Origin: Candidatus Bathyarchaeota archaeon
GTDB lineage: Archaea; Thermoproteota; Bathyarchaeia; TCS64
Length of the DNA stretch: 64,000 nt
Direction: 5' to 3'
Assembly (NCBI GenBank): GCA_016930055.1
Contig: JAFGHP010000082.1
Span: 3-64,002 of the forward strand
In this document: piece after piece, positions 48,944 to 59,402 of the stretch
How the letters are laid out: the number at the start of each line of letters is the position of its first letter
Numbering within the stretch: the first letter of the stretch is position 1
Position numbers and translations under genes: made by a program
Notes under the pieces: generated by a model
What the model was told of the DNA's origin: nothing
The model's input: the letters and a program-made list of their open reading frames with translations, nothing else
Database searches by the model: none

Positions 48944-49555
48944 ATGATTATGCTTGAAGCAAATGAAAAGAACATTGAAACTGCTTCAAATATTATATTA
49001 AATGGTGGAATAGTGATCTATCCTACTGAAACTGTTTATGGTATTGGTTGTGATCCTTCCAATGCTAATGCTGTAAAAAAAATTTATATGATTAAAGGAA
49101 GAGAAAAGAAACCTTTACCTTTGATATCCGCTGACATTGAATCAGTTCAAAATTTGGTAGTAATGAATACTATAGCAATGAAATTTGCTGAAATTTTTTG
49201 GCCTGGACCACTAATGATGATTTTACCTTCAAAAGTCGAATTTAACGAATTAGTTTCTCAAGGTACAAATACTTTAGGTATAAGAGTCACTTCTCATCCT
49301 GTTGCTAATAAACTTGCCAAATTAAGTGGTGGTAGTATTATTAGTACAAGTGCAAACATTTCTGGACAAAAACCTGCTCTTTCAGCTCAAGAAGCATCAA
49401 AATATTTTGAGAATGATGTTGATTTAATTCTCGATGGGGGAGTATCTGAATCAAATCAGCCCTCAACTATAATTGACCTATCCAATAAACCTACAATTTT
49501 AAGGCTTGGCTCCATTACCAAAGAACAAATAGATAATATTCTAGATAATTTATAA
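48944..49555 (+). CDS. tsaC: L-threonylcarbamoyladenylate synthase (YrdC/Sua5/TsaC family)
   Basis: 203 aa. IVIYPTETVYGIGCD and K..RE...PL.LI motifs of YrdC. Confidence 0.8.
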   Translation: MIMLEANEKNIETASNIILNGGIVIYPTETVYGIGCDPSNANAVKKIYMIKGREKKPLPLISADIESVQNLVVMNTIAMKFAEIFWPGPLMMILPSKVEFNELVSQGTNTLGIRVTSHPVANKLAKLSGGSIISTSANISGQKPALSAQEASKYFENDVDLILDGGVSESNQPSTIIDLSNKPTILRLGSITKEQIDNILDNL

Positions 49556-50434
49556 TTTCCAGCCTTTATTAACTAGTTTTGCTACATTCACATTTAATGG
49601 AGCTTTAACTGTTTTAGCTACAGGTACGCATTTAGTTCTAAAAATATACATTAAGTAACATGGGGCTTCTACTTCTGTTAATGTTTCCCAATTTGCCATA
49701 CCTTTTGCTATGATAATATTGCTTGAAAAGAATATTTTATTGAATTCTGTTGAAGTCTCATTAAGATTAACACCTATCGCATCTGTTCCAGTAGATATTA
49801 AATAATTTGCTTCTTCTAAAATCCCTACACTTATTGCATCCTTTAATAGGGCATCATTTAGACATGGGCCTCCTTTAACAGCAACGGTTGTAATACAGTT
49901 TCGTTCTTTTAATTCTCTAATAACTAATTTATCAAAAGCAATTTCTCCGGCATTATCGGTTAGATAAAGAACTTTAACCCCTGGTGCCAATAATTTTTCT
50001 AGTTTATTGGAGTCGTCAATGAAAAACCCTTCATCAAGTCCCTTTAAAGCTTCTTCAACATCGTAACTATGATCTGGTACATCAAATTCAATTACATTAC
50101 CTATACATGCAACTTTTAGAGCTGATCTAAACCTTTCAGATTTAGGTTGATTTTGAATATATTCTTCCATTTTTGGTAAAATTTCTAAAGCTTTCTTATT
50201 TGATTCAATTTTTAAATTAGCATAAGGATCATCACAGTTCGTAATTTTTCTTAAAAGTCTACAACGTTCTGCTCCAATAAAGCTTGGAACTGCTTCAGAG
50301 TTAAATTTTTCATCCATTAATTTAAAAAGTTCTTGAAGGGCTAAAAATCGGTTAGATTCATTATCTGTTGATCGTTCAATTATTTTATATCCCCTATGTA
50401 AAAGACAATATCCACACTGTGAATTAACCTTCAT
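49550..50434 (-). CDS. DUF89 family (ARMT1-like damage-control phosphatase/methyltransferase) protein
   Basis: 294 aa. N-terminal CGYC, central LTDNAGEIAFDK and IIAKGMANWE motifs match the DUF89 metal-binding pattern. Confidence 0.5.
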   Translation of the reverse strand: MKVNSQCGYCLLHRGYKIIERSTDNESNRFLALQELFKLMDEKFNSEAVPSFIGAERCRLLRKITNCDDPYANLKIESNKKALEILPKMEEYIQNQPKSERFRSALKVACIGNVIEFDVPDHSYDVEEALKGLDEGFFIDDSNKLEKLLAPGVKVLYLTDNAGEIAFDKLVIRELKERNCITTVAVKGGPCLNDALLKDAISVGILEEANYLISTGTDAIGVNLNETSTEFNKIFFSSNIIIAKGMANWETLTEVEAPCYLMYIFRTKCVPVAKTVKAPLNVNVAKLVNKGWKL

Positions 50435-50521
50435 CTTGAATACTCAACGGGTTGAAGTATTGCTTAAATATTTGGTTTAGTAGGAATACCCTTTTTCATT
50501 AGAAGGACTATTAAATTTGAG

Positions 50522-51070
50522 ATGCTTAAAGACTTTAATTTATTGGTAACTACAGAGAGGATTCTCGAGAGTAAAGCTTGTAGTGAATTATGGATACTCC
50601 TAAAAGCAATAGGTGAAGAAAACCCCATTGTTGATAGAATAGGTATTTGGGGTTTAATAGCTGCAAAAACAAGCATTGATCCTGTAGATTCAGTAATAAA
50701 AATGGTAAAAGAAATTAGAGAAAATCCTACAAAATACAATTCTCTATTTAGAGTTTTACCTATTCAAAAAATTGTACAGACCTCTATTGAAAACATTGTT
50801 GAAGCCTCTAAAGAATATTCAACAAAAATTAATCCTGAAGAGTCTTTTAGAATTACTTTTGAGAAACGTCGAAGTAAATTATCTTCAAGAACAGTGATTG
50901 ATGCAGTTGCTGAAGAATTTCAACAAAAAGTTGATTTAACAAATCCTGATTGGGTTGTATTAATAGAAATTTTAGGTCGAATAACTGGAATCTCTTTGAT
51001 CCATTCATCTGAGATACTTAATATCCAAAAAGAACGCGCTAAAGCTCTTTTTGCCGATAAAGAAAATTAA
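50522..51070 (+). CDS. THUMP-domain RNA-binding protein (Tan1/ThiI N-terminal-like)
   Basis: 182 aa with ferredoxin-like plus THUMP pattern (FRV...R, GRITGISL). Confidence 0.5.
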   Translation: MLKDFNLLVTTERILESKACSELWILLKAIGEENPIVDRIGIWGLIAAKTSIDPVDSVIKMVKEIRENPTKYNSLFRVLPIQKIVQTSIENIVEASKEYSTKINPEESFRITFEKRRSKLSSRTVIDAVAEEFQQKVDLTNPDWVVLIEILGRITGISLIHSSEILNIQKERAKALFADKEN

Positions 51071-51094
51071 CTGTTATAAATCTATTTTTATTAT

Positions 51095-51670
51095 TTAACG
51101 CTTTAAACGTAATAAGCTTCCACGTTCAATAATTAAATTAATTAAATTTTCGACACTTTGTTCTCCTAAAGCTTCGATCTCTAGATCTGAAACATTGAAA
51201 AGGGTTTTTAATCGTTTATATTTTTCTGAATAGACATCAAGGACGCTATCATCTTCTTTACCAATTATTTTTACTACGTTTTTGAAAGCTTGTTCAGAAA
51301 TATTTTGTTTATCTGCAAAAATAATTAACGCTAAATCACGTGTATCTTTTTTTATTCCCATTATTTCTAAAGCTTTACTAATTTGATCATTGCATGAAGC
51401 ATATAGAAGAGTTTCTAATGGAATACTTTTTGAAACATTTTCACCTTCATCAAAAGCATTTACAGCATTTACAGCTGACATGAATAGATGTTCCCATCCT
51501 CCAACATTTTTTGCATCAAAAAATTGAAAAATACATGGTTTAATTTCTTCAGATACTTCGCTTAGAAATTTTTGTATGTCATTAAACTTTTTTGTACGAA
51601 AACCACCAATGGTTACCCACCATTTGGAATCTTTAATATTAGCAGACTTCATTATTTTAATCCCAACCAA
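51095..51670 (-). CDS. cgi121: KEOPS complex subunit Cgi121
   Basis: 191 aa. The C-terminal two-thirds align with archaeal Cgi121 (shared ...IGKEDDSVLD... block). Sua5/TsaC is nearby. Confidence 0.55.
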   Translation of the reverse strand: MVGIKIMKSANIKDSKWWVTIGGFRTKKFNDIQKFLSEVSEEIKPCIFQFFDAKNVGGWEHLFMSAVNAVNAFDEGENVSKSIPLETLLYASCNDQISKALEIMGIKKDTRDLALIIFADKQNISEQAFKNVVKIIGKEDDSVLDVYSEKYKRLKTLFNVSDLEIEALGEQSVENLINLIIERGSLLRLKR

Positions 51671-51699
51671 TTATATAGATGGAAAAGAATTTTCTGTTA

Positions 51700-52809
51700 T
51701 TAAACTCCCTGTTTTCTTACATTTTCGAGTAGTTTATCGACTTCCTGTTCATTGTTGAAGAAATTTGTGGCTACTCTTATTCCTGCAGCACGTAAACTAA
51801 TATAAAATCCCTCAGCCTTTAAGGTAGATATTGTGTCAAGATTATTTTTAGTATTGAATGTTACGATTCCTGCTCTATATTTTCTTTCCTCTGGTGTAAC
51901 AATTTTAGCTCCTAAAAATGATAAACCATCATAAAGTCGTTGATTGAGTTTTAATATTTGTGTTTCAATCTGTGATGGTCCTAATTTTAACATTAAATCT
52001 ATTGCAGCTTTGGTACCCACGGTACTTAGATAACTTGGTTCACCAAACTCGTATTTTTTAGCTGTGGGTTTTAAATAAGGTCTATCAAGGCTATGTTTCT
52101 CGACTGCGCGATATCCCCATAATTGGGGGTCCATATTTGCGACATGTTCTTTTGATACATATAAAAAACCTGCTCCACTACAACCTAGAAGCCATTTATA
52201 TGCTCCATTAGCATAAAAATCAACTTTATCTTTTTTAACATCAATTTTTAGAGCACCAGCAGCTTGAATACCATCAACAACTAAGTATCCATCGTTTTCA
52301 TGTATGAGATCAGCAAATTCTCTTAAATTATGTCGACCACCCGACATCCACTCCACTTGGCTTAACGCAATAGCTTTAGTAGAGTCATCGACTGCTTTTT
52401 CAACATCTTCAAGATGTACATATCCTTCTCTACCTCTAATAATTCGTATTTCAACACCCTTATTTCTTTGAGCTAACCAGGGGATTTGGTTTGCGGGATT
52501 TTCTAAATCGTTAATAATTATACTGTCGCCTTTCTTAAAACGAAGAATTTCTGAAACAACAGCTAAACCTGATGAAGTGTTTGGTTGAAAACATGCCTCA
52601 TCTTTGTTGCAGCCTATGAGTCTTGACCAGCTTTCAATTGTTTCAAGAGTTCGTTGATCACCTTTTCTATCAAGATTATCCCAATCATCAAGGTAATTTC
52701 TAATAGCTTCTTGAACTGGTATCGATGGTGGACTATGATTAGCTGTATCAAAAAACTTTATTTTTTTTGTTATAGGAAAATATTCTTCTCGAATCTTCTC
52801 TACATTCAT
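51700..52809 (-). CDS. class V PLP aminotransferase / cysteine-desulfurase-like
   Basis: 369 aa with the fold-type I class V pattern, including an internal Lys-containing SGGRHNL/ANGAYKWL region. Confidence 0.7.
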   Translation of the reverse strand: MNVEKIREEYFPITKKIKFFDTANHSPPSIPVQEAIRNYLDDWDNLDRKGDQRTLETIESWSRLIGCNKDEACFQPNTSSGLAVVSEILRFKKGDSIIINDLENPANQIPWLAQRNKGVEIRIIRGREGYVHLEDVEKAVDDSTKAIALSQVEWMSGGRHNLREFADLIHENDGYLVVDGIQAAGALKIDVKKDKVDFYANGAYKWLLGCSGAGFLYVSKEHVANMDPQLWGYRAVEKHSLDRPYLKPTAKKYEFGEPSYLSTVGTKAAIDLMLKLGPSQIETQILKLNQRLYDGLSFLGAKIVTPEERKYRAGIVTFNTKNNLDTISTLKAEGFYISLRAAGIRVATNFFNNEQEVDKLLENVRKQGV

Positions 52810-52922
52810 ATTTATTTAAATTAATTATCAACGTTAAAATCTTAGTTATAAAAAGAGATTATATTAAGAAAAAAAAGCAGTTATTATTTAAAATATTTCG
52901 AATAAAACTTTTTTTAAAGATA

Positions 52923-53738
52923 CTATGTAAATGTTAAACTACAAGCCGGGTATTCTGTAATTTTTTTTAAACCAATTTTTTGTGCAGTAGCAATTGATGC
53001 TTTATTTTTTGACCAACAGTGCCACCCTAAATGTTTGTATCCTTTAGATGCTGCTAATTTTACTAATTTTTTAGTCATCTCTGTAGCTAAGCCTTGTTTT
53101 TGGTGGTTAGGTAAAACCTCAATTCCTACTTCGAATTTATCTTGAAAGTTATATTCAGATAAACAGAATCCAGCAACTTTTTTTCTTTTAAGCGCAACAA
53201 TTCCAAAATGTTCTCTATTAAGGAAGTCATCGGGACTGTCTGTCTCTGAACGCATTTCTTCCAATAATAATTCCATATTTTCTAAAGGTTTCATTATAAA
53301 TTGTTTGCTAACCTCAACAAATTCGTAATCATTAACAGGTTCAGATTCCCATTTTTTATCATCGAGGTTAAAACCATAATATTCTCTGAAACCTATCTCA
53401 GCTTTAGCATCGTAAAATATTTCTTTGAGAACTTTAGTCCACTCCCCTCTATCAGGATAAGCGACAAATGTAGGTCCACGTAAATATGCAACAAAATATT
53501 GTTGATCTAGAATCATGTTAATATCTTTTCTAAAAGTTTGATTTTCTGGGTCACCATAAATAAAGACTCTTTTATTTTCCCAGGTTATTGCTACTTTAGG
53601 GTTTTTAATATCATCTACATATATGGGTGACACAGTTTTTCCTGCTAAGATTCTTTCTAAAGCAAGATGAATAGTCGGTGACTTGAATATTTCACGTGCT
53701 ATTTCGAAGTTTCTGAGTTCATGTAACATTGTTATCAT
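52923..53738 (-). CDS. GNAT-family N-acetyltransferase (C-terminal domain) with N-terminal domain of unknown function
   Basis: 271 aa. C-terminal GIEVLPNHQKQGLATEMTKKL is a GNAT motif A (Q/RxxGxG/A). Confidence 0.6.
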   Translation of the reverse strand: MITMLHELRNFEIAREIFKSPTIHLALERILAGKTVSPIYVDDIKNPKVAITWENKRVFIYGDPENQTFRKDINMILDQQYFVAYLRGPTFVAYPDRGEWTKVLKEIFYDAKAEIGFREYYGFNLDDKKWESEPVNDYEFVEVSKQFIMKPLENMELLLEEMRSETDSPDDFLNREHFGIVALKRKKVAGFCLSEYNFQDKFEVGIEVLPNHQKQGLATEMTKKLVKLAASKGYKHLGWHCWSKNKASIATAQKIGLKKITEYPACSLTFT

Positions 53739-53857
53739 TTTGATTATGTACTATAATATTTAAGCACCTTCTTTTTTACAATTTTTTCTTATTTTTATGT
53801 TCGATACACTTTTAGTATGGCTTAGACATAATAATAAATGAACTGAGAGTATTCATT

Positions 53858-54286
53858 ATGAGTGTATTTGATAAAGAGGATTTAAGTGTAATAAAGATTG
53901 GTGATCTGAATCAATATTCACGTCAAATTAACCTTATTGTTAGAGTGATAAGCAAAACTGAGGTTAGAGAAGTTATTACTAGAAACGATGAGACTAAACA
54001 TAATGTTTGTGAAGCCTTAGTCGCAGATGATACTGGGGCAGTATATCTAACATTATGGGATGATCTTGTTGAAGAAATTCAAGAAGACCAAGTAATATCA
54101 ATAACAAATGGTTACATGAACACCTTTAAGAGTAGTATGCGACTCAATATAGGACGATATGGTAGTTGGGAACCTCTAGAAGAAGCTACTTTTGACGAAG
54201 TCAACCTCGAAAATAATATTTCAGCTAGACAAGTTGAATATAGTGGACGAAGAAGTAGCGGATATGGTTCGAGAAGAAGATATTAA
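53858..54286 (+). CDS. ssb: single-stranded DNA-binding protein (single OB fold, crenarchaeal/thaumarchaeal type)
   Basis: 142 aa. OB fold with LIVRVISK...VCEALVADDTGAVYLTLWDD and a flexible RG-rich C-terminal tail (GRRSSGYGSRRRY). Confidence 0.75.
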   Translation: MSVFDKEDLSVIKIGDLNQYSRQINLIVRVISKTEVREVITRNDETKHNVCEALVADDTGAVYLTLWDDLVEEIQEDQVISITNGYMNTFKSSMRLNIGRYGSWEPLEEATFDEVNLENNISARQVEYSGRRSSGYGSRRRY

Positions 54287-54328
54287 AATTAATAGACTTA
54301 ATATTCTTCCTTTAACTCTTCTCCTTTT

Positions 54329-54835
54329 ATGTCTACAATAGGATTTAAAGAAATTGTTATACTAGAAACAAGTAAAGGAAAAATTGAGATTGAATTAAAT
54401 AGAGCTAAAGCCCCCATTACTGTTGAAAATTTTGTAAAGTATGTTAAAGATGGGTTTTTTAATGGAACCATTTTTCATAGAGTTATTCCAGGTTTCATGG
54501 TTCAAGGCGGAGGCTTCCTCCCTGATGGTACACAAAAAAAGACGAGATCACCAATTAACTTAGAAGCAAGAAATGGTTTAAGAAACCTAGCTGGGAGTGT
54601 TGCCATGGCGAGAACAATGGAACCTAATAGTGCAACTTCTCAGTTTTTCATAAATTTAGTTGATAATAAATTCCTTGATGCAGCAACAGGAAATGATGGT
54701 TATGCAGTTTTTGGTATGGTTATTTCAGGATTTGAAATAGTTAAAAGCATGGCTAATGTAAAAACAGGCTCAAGAGGCATGCATCAAGACTGGCCAATTG
54801 AAGATGTATTAATCAAACAGGCATCCATAAAATAA
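54329..54835 (+). CDS. ppiB: cyclophilin-type peptidyl-prolyl cis-trans isomerase
   Basis: 168 aa. FHRVIPGFMVQGG and SQFFI cyclophilin signatures. Confidence 0.9.
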   Translation: MSTIGFKEIVILETSKGKIEIELNRAKAPITVENFVKYVKDGFFNGTIFHRVIPGFMVQGGGFLPDGTQKKTRSPINLEARNGLRNLAGSVAMARTMEPNSATSQFFINLVDNKFLDAATGNDGYAVFGMVISGFEIVKSMANVKTGSRGMHQDWPIEDVLIKQASIK

Positions 54836-54887
54836 TCTATTTTAGGGTCATATTTAATATTCTAATAACCATTCACAATAGATACAA

Positions 54888-55793
54888 TTGATTAACAAAA
54901 TTAAAGTTGCAATAAATAAATTCCCTTTTAGTGGTCAATTTGGTTCAACCGAAAATGGAATACAAACTAATGCGATAGAACAAGGTGGTTTAACAACTCT
55001 TCTTTCGGACCTTGGCTGCGAAATTACAGAAACATTCACTGCTAAACTCACTTTAGATGAAGAAAAACAGTATGGATCACAACATAGAATGGGTTTAGCC
55101 TCTAATCATTTATCGAAAAAGGTTTCTGAACAAATAAAATCTAATGTATTTCCTTTTGGTTTACTTCAAAATTGTAATGGTCTCATGGGGATGCTTGCTG
55201 GAGTGCAACATAGCGGAACAAGAAAAAACCCAATTAAAGTGGGTTTAATATGGATTGATGCTCATGGTGATTTCAATACCCCAGAAACAACCTTAAGTGG
55301 TATGTTGGGTGGAATGCCTGTTGCTATAAGTTGTGGACTTTGCTTAGAAAGATTAAGACGTACTTGTGGTTTAGATCCTCCATTACCAACAAAATATGTT
55401 ACAATGGTGGGGGTTAGGGATACTGATCCATTTGAACAAGAACTAATTGATAGAAGCCAAATCGAACATATTACTGTTAAAGATATTCGACTTTTATCTC
55501 CTAGAGTAATGCAACAAGTTGAACGACTTGCAGAATTAACTGACAAAATCTATGTTCACATCGATCTTGATGTACTTGATCCAAGCGACATTCCAGGTGC
55601 CGGGCTTCCAGTCGCTGGTGGTCCTACTGCAAATGAATTATCAGCAGCTTTAGAACTTATTTTTAGTCATCAAAAAACCGCTGCGTTCGGGGTAGCTAGT
55701 TATCCTGCATCTAGAGATCATGATAAACTTGGTTTAAAATCAGTCTTCAAACTTTTTGAAGGAGTTGTAAGAGGAATACAGAAAAGATCTTAA
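54888..55793 (+). CDS. ureohydrolase (arginase/agmatinase family)
   Basis: 301 aa. Mn-binding motifs DAHGDF and DLDVLDP. The true start may be internal. Confidence 0.75.
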   Translation: MINKIKVAINKFPFSGQFGSTENGIQTNAIEQGGLTTLLSDLGCEITETFTAKLTLDEEKQYGSQHRMGLASNHLSKKVSEQIKSNVFPFGLLQNCNGLMGMLAGVQHSGTRKNPIKVGLIWIDAHGDFNTPETTLSGMLGGMPVAISCGLCLERLRRTCGLDPPLPTKYVTMVGVRDTDPFEQELIDRSQIEHITVKDIRLLSPRVMQQVERLAELTDKIYVHIDLDVLDPSDIPGAGLPVAGGPTANELSAALELIFSHQKTAAFGVASYPASRDHDKLGLKSVFKLFEGVVRGIQKRS

Positions 55794-57070
55794 ATTATTA
55801 ATGTTTCTTTCTCAATTTTTCTATTTTTAATACTAATGTCTGAGACTTTAAATTTACGATTTCCATATAAATTAGCATATTCTTCTTCATTATATAACGC
55901 TTCCACAATTCGTGCTAAAGCATCACATTTCATTATTCCACTGCCACTAGATGCCCCAATATAGATGAATCCTGGGCCTTCCTCAACTACAGGTGTTTTA
56001 TCAAAACTGTTAATGTCATACTGTCCTGCCCAAGCATTTTCTGGACGCACATTATCAAAACATGGTAAATATTGAACAAGAACATGATATATGTTATTTG
56101 AATAGTATTCGTCTTCAGGTTGTGGATTGTCTTCACATTCAAATTTACGACCTAACTCATCAGCACACCCAAGCCAAATGCTCTCTTCAGTTTTTTCCCC
56201 TTTAAGATATATGCCCGCTTTCGGTAAAATAATTAATGGTAAAATATTAGACTCATTTAGACCTTCTACCTTTAATAACCTGTTTAATCGATGATCTTTA
56301 AATGCGAATAACTGCCTTTTTTTAGGTCTCATAAAACAATCATATCCTATTGGATCAAATAATTCTGCTGCCCATGTACCTGTAGCAACAACGGTAGTTT
56401 CAGCAAGAATTCTTCCTTTAGGTGTATTGACTCCCGCAATACGACTTTCTTGCCAGACAAAAGGTTCATCTGGTATACCTAGTGGTTCAACAGGTTCGTG
56501 AAGAAGTTTTGTAGCTATAGTATTGTAATGGATCTCTCCACCAAGTCTTAAAAATTCTGCTTCATAAGCTCTTACAAGAGCGTCAGCGTCTAGACTGCCA
56601 CATTTTACACCATAAACCCCAATATCAATATTTTCTAAACCAAGTATCTCCGATTCTTCGTTTTCTGTGAAATCTATTTCTAAATCTGGTATATATTCCT
56701 TAATCTCTTTACCCGAATATAGTTGAGTTTCAGCTCCTCTTTTAGTCATTACTTCTATTGAGATTTTATTCCGCGAATATTGCTCTTCACTGAATAGCCA
56801 AATATAGCCTTGTTGGCTTAATTTTATATCATACCCCATTTTTTCTTGAAAATTATGAAACCAATCTATTGTACTATCAGCAAGAAGATAGTTCGCTTCT
56901 CCTGTAAACAAGTTTCTATAAGCGCCTTCACTTTTACCACTGTTACCTTGAGCTGGTCCATTTAATTTATCAATTAATACAACTTTTAATGTAGGGTCTC
57001 TTTTTTTAAGGTAATATGCTGAGCTCATTCCGAGAATACCAGCACCGACGATGAGGATATCAGTCTCCAT
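55790..57070 (-). CDS. FAD-dependent oxidoreductase (DAO family: glycine/D-amino-acid/sarcosine oxidase-like)
   Basis: 426 aa. N-terminal ILIVGAGILGMSSAYYL dinucleotide-binding fold. ATGA overlap with the ureohydrolase gene. Confidence 0.7.
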   Translation of the reverse strand: METDILIVGAGILGMSSAYYLKKRDPTLKVVLIDKLNGPAQGNSGKSEGAYRNLFTGEANYLLADSTIDWFHNFQEKMGYDIKLSQQGYIWLFSEEQYSRNKISIEVMTKRGAETQLYSGKEIKEYIPDLEIDFTENEESEILGLENIDIGVYGVKCGSLDADALVRAYEAEFLRLGGEIHYNTIATKLLHEPVEPLGIPDEPFVWQESRIAGVNTPKGRILAETTVVATGTWAAELFDPIGYDCFMRPKKRQLFAFKDHRLNRLLKVEGLNESNILPLIILPKAGIYLKGEKTEESIWLGCADELGRKFECEDNPQPEDEYYSNNIYHVLVQYLPCFDNVRPENAWAGQYDINSFDKTPVVEEGPGFIYIGASSGSGIMKCDALARIVEALYNEEEYANLYGNRKFKVSDISIKNRKIEKETLII

Positions 57071-57221
57071 TTCTTTAAAAATCCCTCTTTACATCAATTT
57101 AATATTATATCTTGTTTTGGATGTTTTTATTACATTTTAATAATTATTTAATGCTTTTATAACACTTTTTCTAAATTATATTCGCGATAACATAATATTT
57201 TTCCTCGCTTATTCTTAATGT

Positions 57222-58127
57222 ATGGCATATTCCAAAAAAACAGATGAGGGACTTATTGTTCCTAAAAAATGGTATGATGCACTTCCTCGAGTTAGTTGGA
57301 ATAGATTTACTAAAGTTGAAACCAATTTTCCATGGTTTGATGTTTATGAGACTACTCCTGAAACATATGCAATTTATGAATCTGGACAATTTGAAGAAGT
57401 GATTAGTTATTTGGTTTTAGGGGAAGAAAAAGCTGCTTTAATTGATTCAGGTAATGGTATAGGTGATATTAAGGATTTAACTGAAGAGCTTACTGATTTA
57501 CCTATTGAAGTTATTAATACTCATGCACATGGTGATCATGTTGGTGGAAATTGGGCTTTCGAAGAAGTAGCTGCTTTTAACCATCAATATGTTAGAGACC
57601 GAATGAAGGGTAGAAGTAATCAGGAATTGGGTAATTTTCTTAAAGAAGAAATGTTAAACAAACCTCTTCCTAAAGGAGTAGATAAAAATACATTCTCGTT
57701 ACAACCTTATGAAGTAACTAGATGGTTAAAAGAAAATGATCTCATTGATCTAGGAGGTAAAACTCTTAAGGTAATTCATACTCCCGGTCACACGCCTGAT
57801 GGTATATGTCTACTTGAATCTAAAGAAAATTTGTTATTTACAGGAGACACTTTTTATCCTGCACCAATTTACATCTATTCGAAAGGAACAAGCCTTGAAG
57901 AATTTATTACGAGTTACGAAAAGATAATTGCTTTAGATTTCATATGGGCAATGCCTGCACATAACGAAACTATGATTGAGAAAAAGATAGTTGAAGAAGT
58001 ATTGGCTGCAGCTAAATCTATTAAAAATGGTGAATCTGGAGAATATATTGAAGGATTTGCTAATGGAGTTAATGTTAGAAGATATGATTATGAACGTTTC
58101 TCATTAATTGTTAGAGTTCCCTTATAA
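57222..58127 (+). CDS. MBL-fold metallo-hydrolase
   Basis: 301 aa with HAHGDH (HxHxDH) plus downstream His/Asp ligands. Confidence 0.7.
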   Translation: MAYSKKTDEGLIVPKKWYDALPRVSWNRFTKVETNFPWFDVYETTPETYAIYESGQFEEVISYLVLGEEKAALIDSGNGIGDIKDLTEELTDLPIEVINTHAHGDHVGGNWAFEEVAAFNHQYVRDRMKGRSNQELGNFLKEEMLNKPLPKGVDKNTFSLQPYEVTRWLKENDLIDLGGKTLKVIHTPGHTPDGICLLESKENLLFTGDTFYPAPIYIYSKGTSLEEFITSYEKIIALDFIWAMPAHNETMIEKKIVEEVLAAAKSIKNGESGEYIEGFANGVNVRRYDYERFSLIVRVPL

Positions 58128-58164
58128 AATACTTACATACTAGTTTCTTATTTAATTCATAAAA

Positions 58165-58782
58165 GTGAAAATATTGCTGATCCATACTGTTAATCATAAA
58201 TTATTTGGTTTAATAGATGTATCTAAATCTTTTATAATAGAAGATTCTGAAGTAATACTAGTTGATACAGGTATTAATTCTTCATCAGCAAATAATATTA
58301 TAAATGTTCTTGCTCGTAGAGAATACAGCTTATTAGTAGTTACCCTATGCATTTTGACTCATAGTCATAGAGATCATGTAGGTGGGCTCGCATCTTTGAA
58401 GAAACTTGGTAATTTCCAAGTTGCAGCTCACGAGGCAGAAGCTGATGATATTGAAAAATCAACAGGAATCGAAGTTGATTTAAAACTAAGAGATGGAGAC
58501 ATACTCCCTTGTGGCATAAAAGTAATTTATCTCCCCGGTCACACTCTAGGCAGTATAGCATTACTTGCTGGAAATACATTAATTGCTGGTGATGCCCTAA
58601 GAGGTTCAAAAAAAGGATTAAAGCCTTCTCCAAGTTTATACACTAAAGATAAGGATGCTGCATATGACAGTATCCATCATTTAACAATGTATGATTTTGA
58701 TAAACTATTTGTTAGCCACGGTGAAAACATTGAATCTAATGGTAAAGAAGCTCTTAAAAAATTAATAGAAAGCCTGAATTAA
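58165..58782 (+). CDS. MBL-fold metallo-hydrolase (short form)
   Basis: 205 aa with THSHRDHVGG (HxHxDH). Confidence 0.7.
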   Translation: MKILLIHTVNHKLFGLIDVSKSFIIEDSEVILVDTGINSSSANNIINVLARREYSLLVVTLCILTHSHRDHVGGLASLKKLGNFQVAAHEAEADDIEKSTGIEVDLKLRDGDILPCGIKVIYLPGHTLGSIALLAGNTLIAGDALRGSKKGLKPSPSLYTKDKDAAYDSIHHLTMYDFDKLFVSHGENIESNGKEALKKLIESLN

Positions 58783-58863
58783 AGATACATGAATTTATAT
58801 GCTCCTTATAAGTAACCTTTTTCAATATTTTATAATAATTTTCATAATATAATTTTAAAAGAT

Positions 58864-59349
58864 TTGATTCCTTATTTATTATTGATTATAATGTTCAAGA
58901 AAATACTTGTTGCCTTTGATGGTTCCGAGCCTTCTAAACATGCTTTAGATTATGCAGCAGATATGGCTTTTCTATGTAAAGGTACTCTAATAATTTTGAC
59001 TGTTGTTCCTAGAGTTAATCTACCTTTATACCCTGATGAAAGTAGTGGAACTCCTATAGTTTTTGGACAAGATTTAACTAAATATCAGGATCGTTTGAAA
59101 GTATTATATAAAAATTCTTTAACTGAAGCTATAAAAGATGTTAAAGAAAATTTTCCTGATTTAAAAATTGTTGATCTCTTTTTAGAAGGAAGACCTTCAG
59201 CAATTATTATCGAAGAAGCTGAAAGAAATGGTGTTGATCTAATAGTTTTAGGTAGCCGTGGAATAGGTGGTATCAGTGGTTGGATCCTTGGAAGTACTAG
59301 TCGTAGAGTAGTTGATTCTTGTACAAAACCAGTTTTAGTAGTAAAATAA
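58864..59349 (+). CDS. universal stress protein (UspA family)
   Basis: 161 aa. KKILVAFDGSE N-terminus and C-terminal GSRG.GG..G...GSTS ATP-binding motif. Confidence 0.8.
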   Translation: MIPYLLLIIMFKKILVAFDGSEPSKHALDYAADMAFLCKGTLIILTVVPRVNLPLYPDESSGTPIVFGQDLTKYQDRLKVLYKNSLTEAIKDVKENFPDLKIVDLFLEGRPSAIIIEEAERNGVDLIVLGSRGIGGISGWILGSTSRRVVDSCTKPVLVVK

Positions 59350-59402
59350 TTTAAATTTTTTATAACAAAACTTTTACTTAACTAAAATAACACTTTGCTG
59401 AT

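Noticed and set aside
57222-58782. Tandem MBL-fold hydrolases plus Usp as a possible resistance or defence module.
   Set aside because: Both are generic HxHxDH metallo-hydrolases without partner genes such as a flavodoxin/rubredoxin or nuclease domain. This is most likely ordinary housekeeping paralogy.
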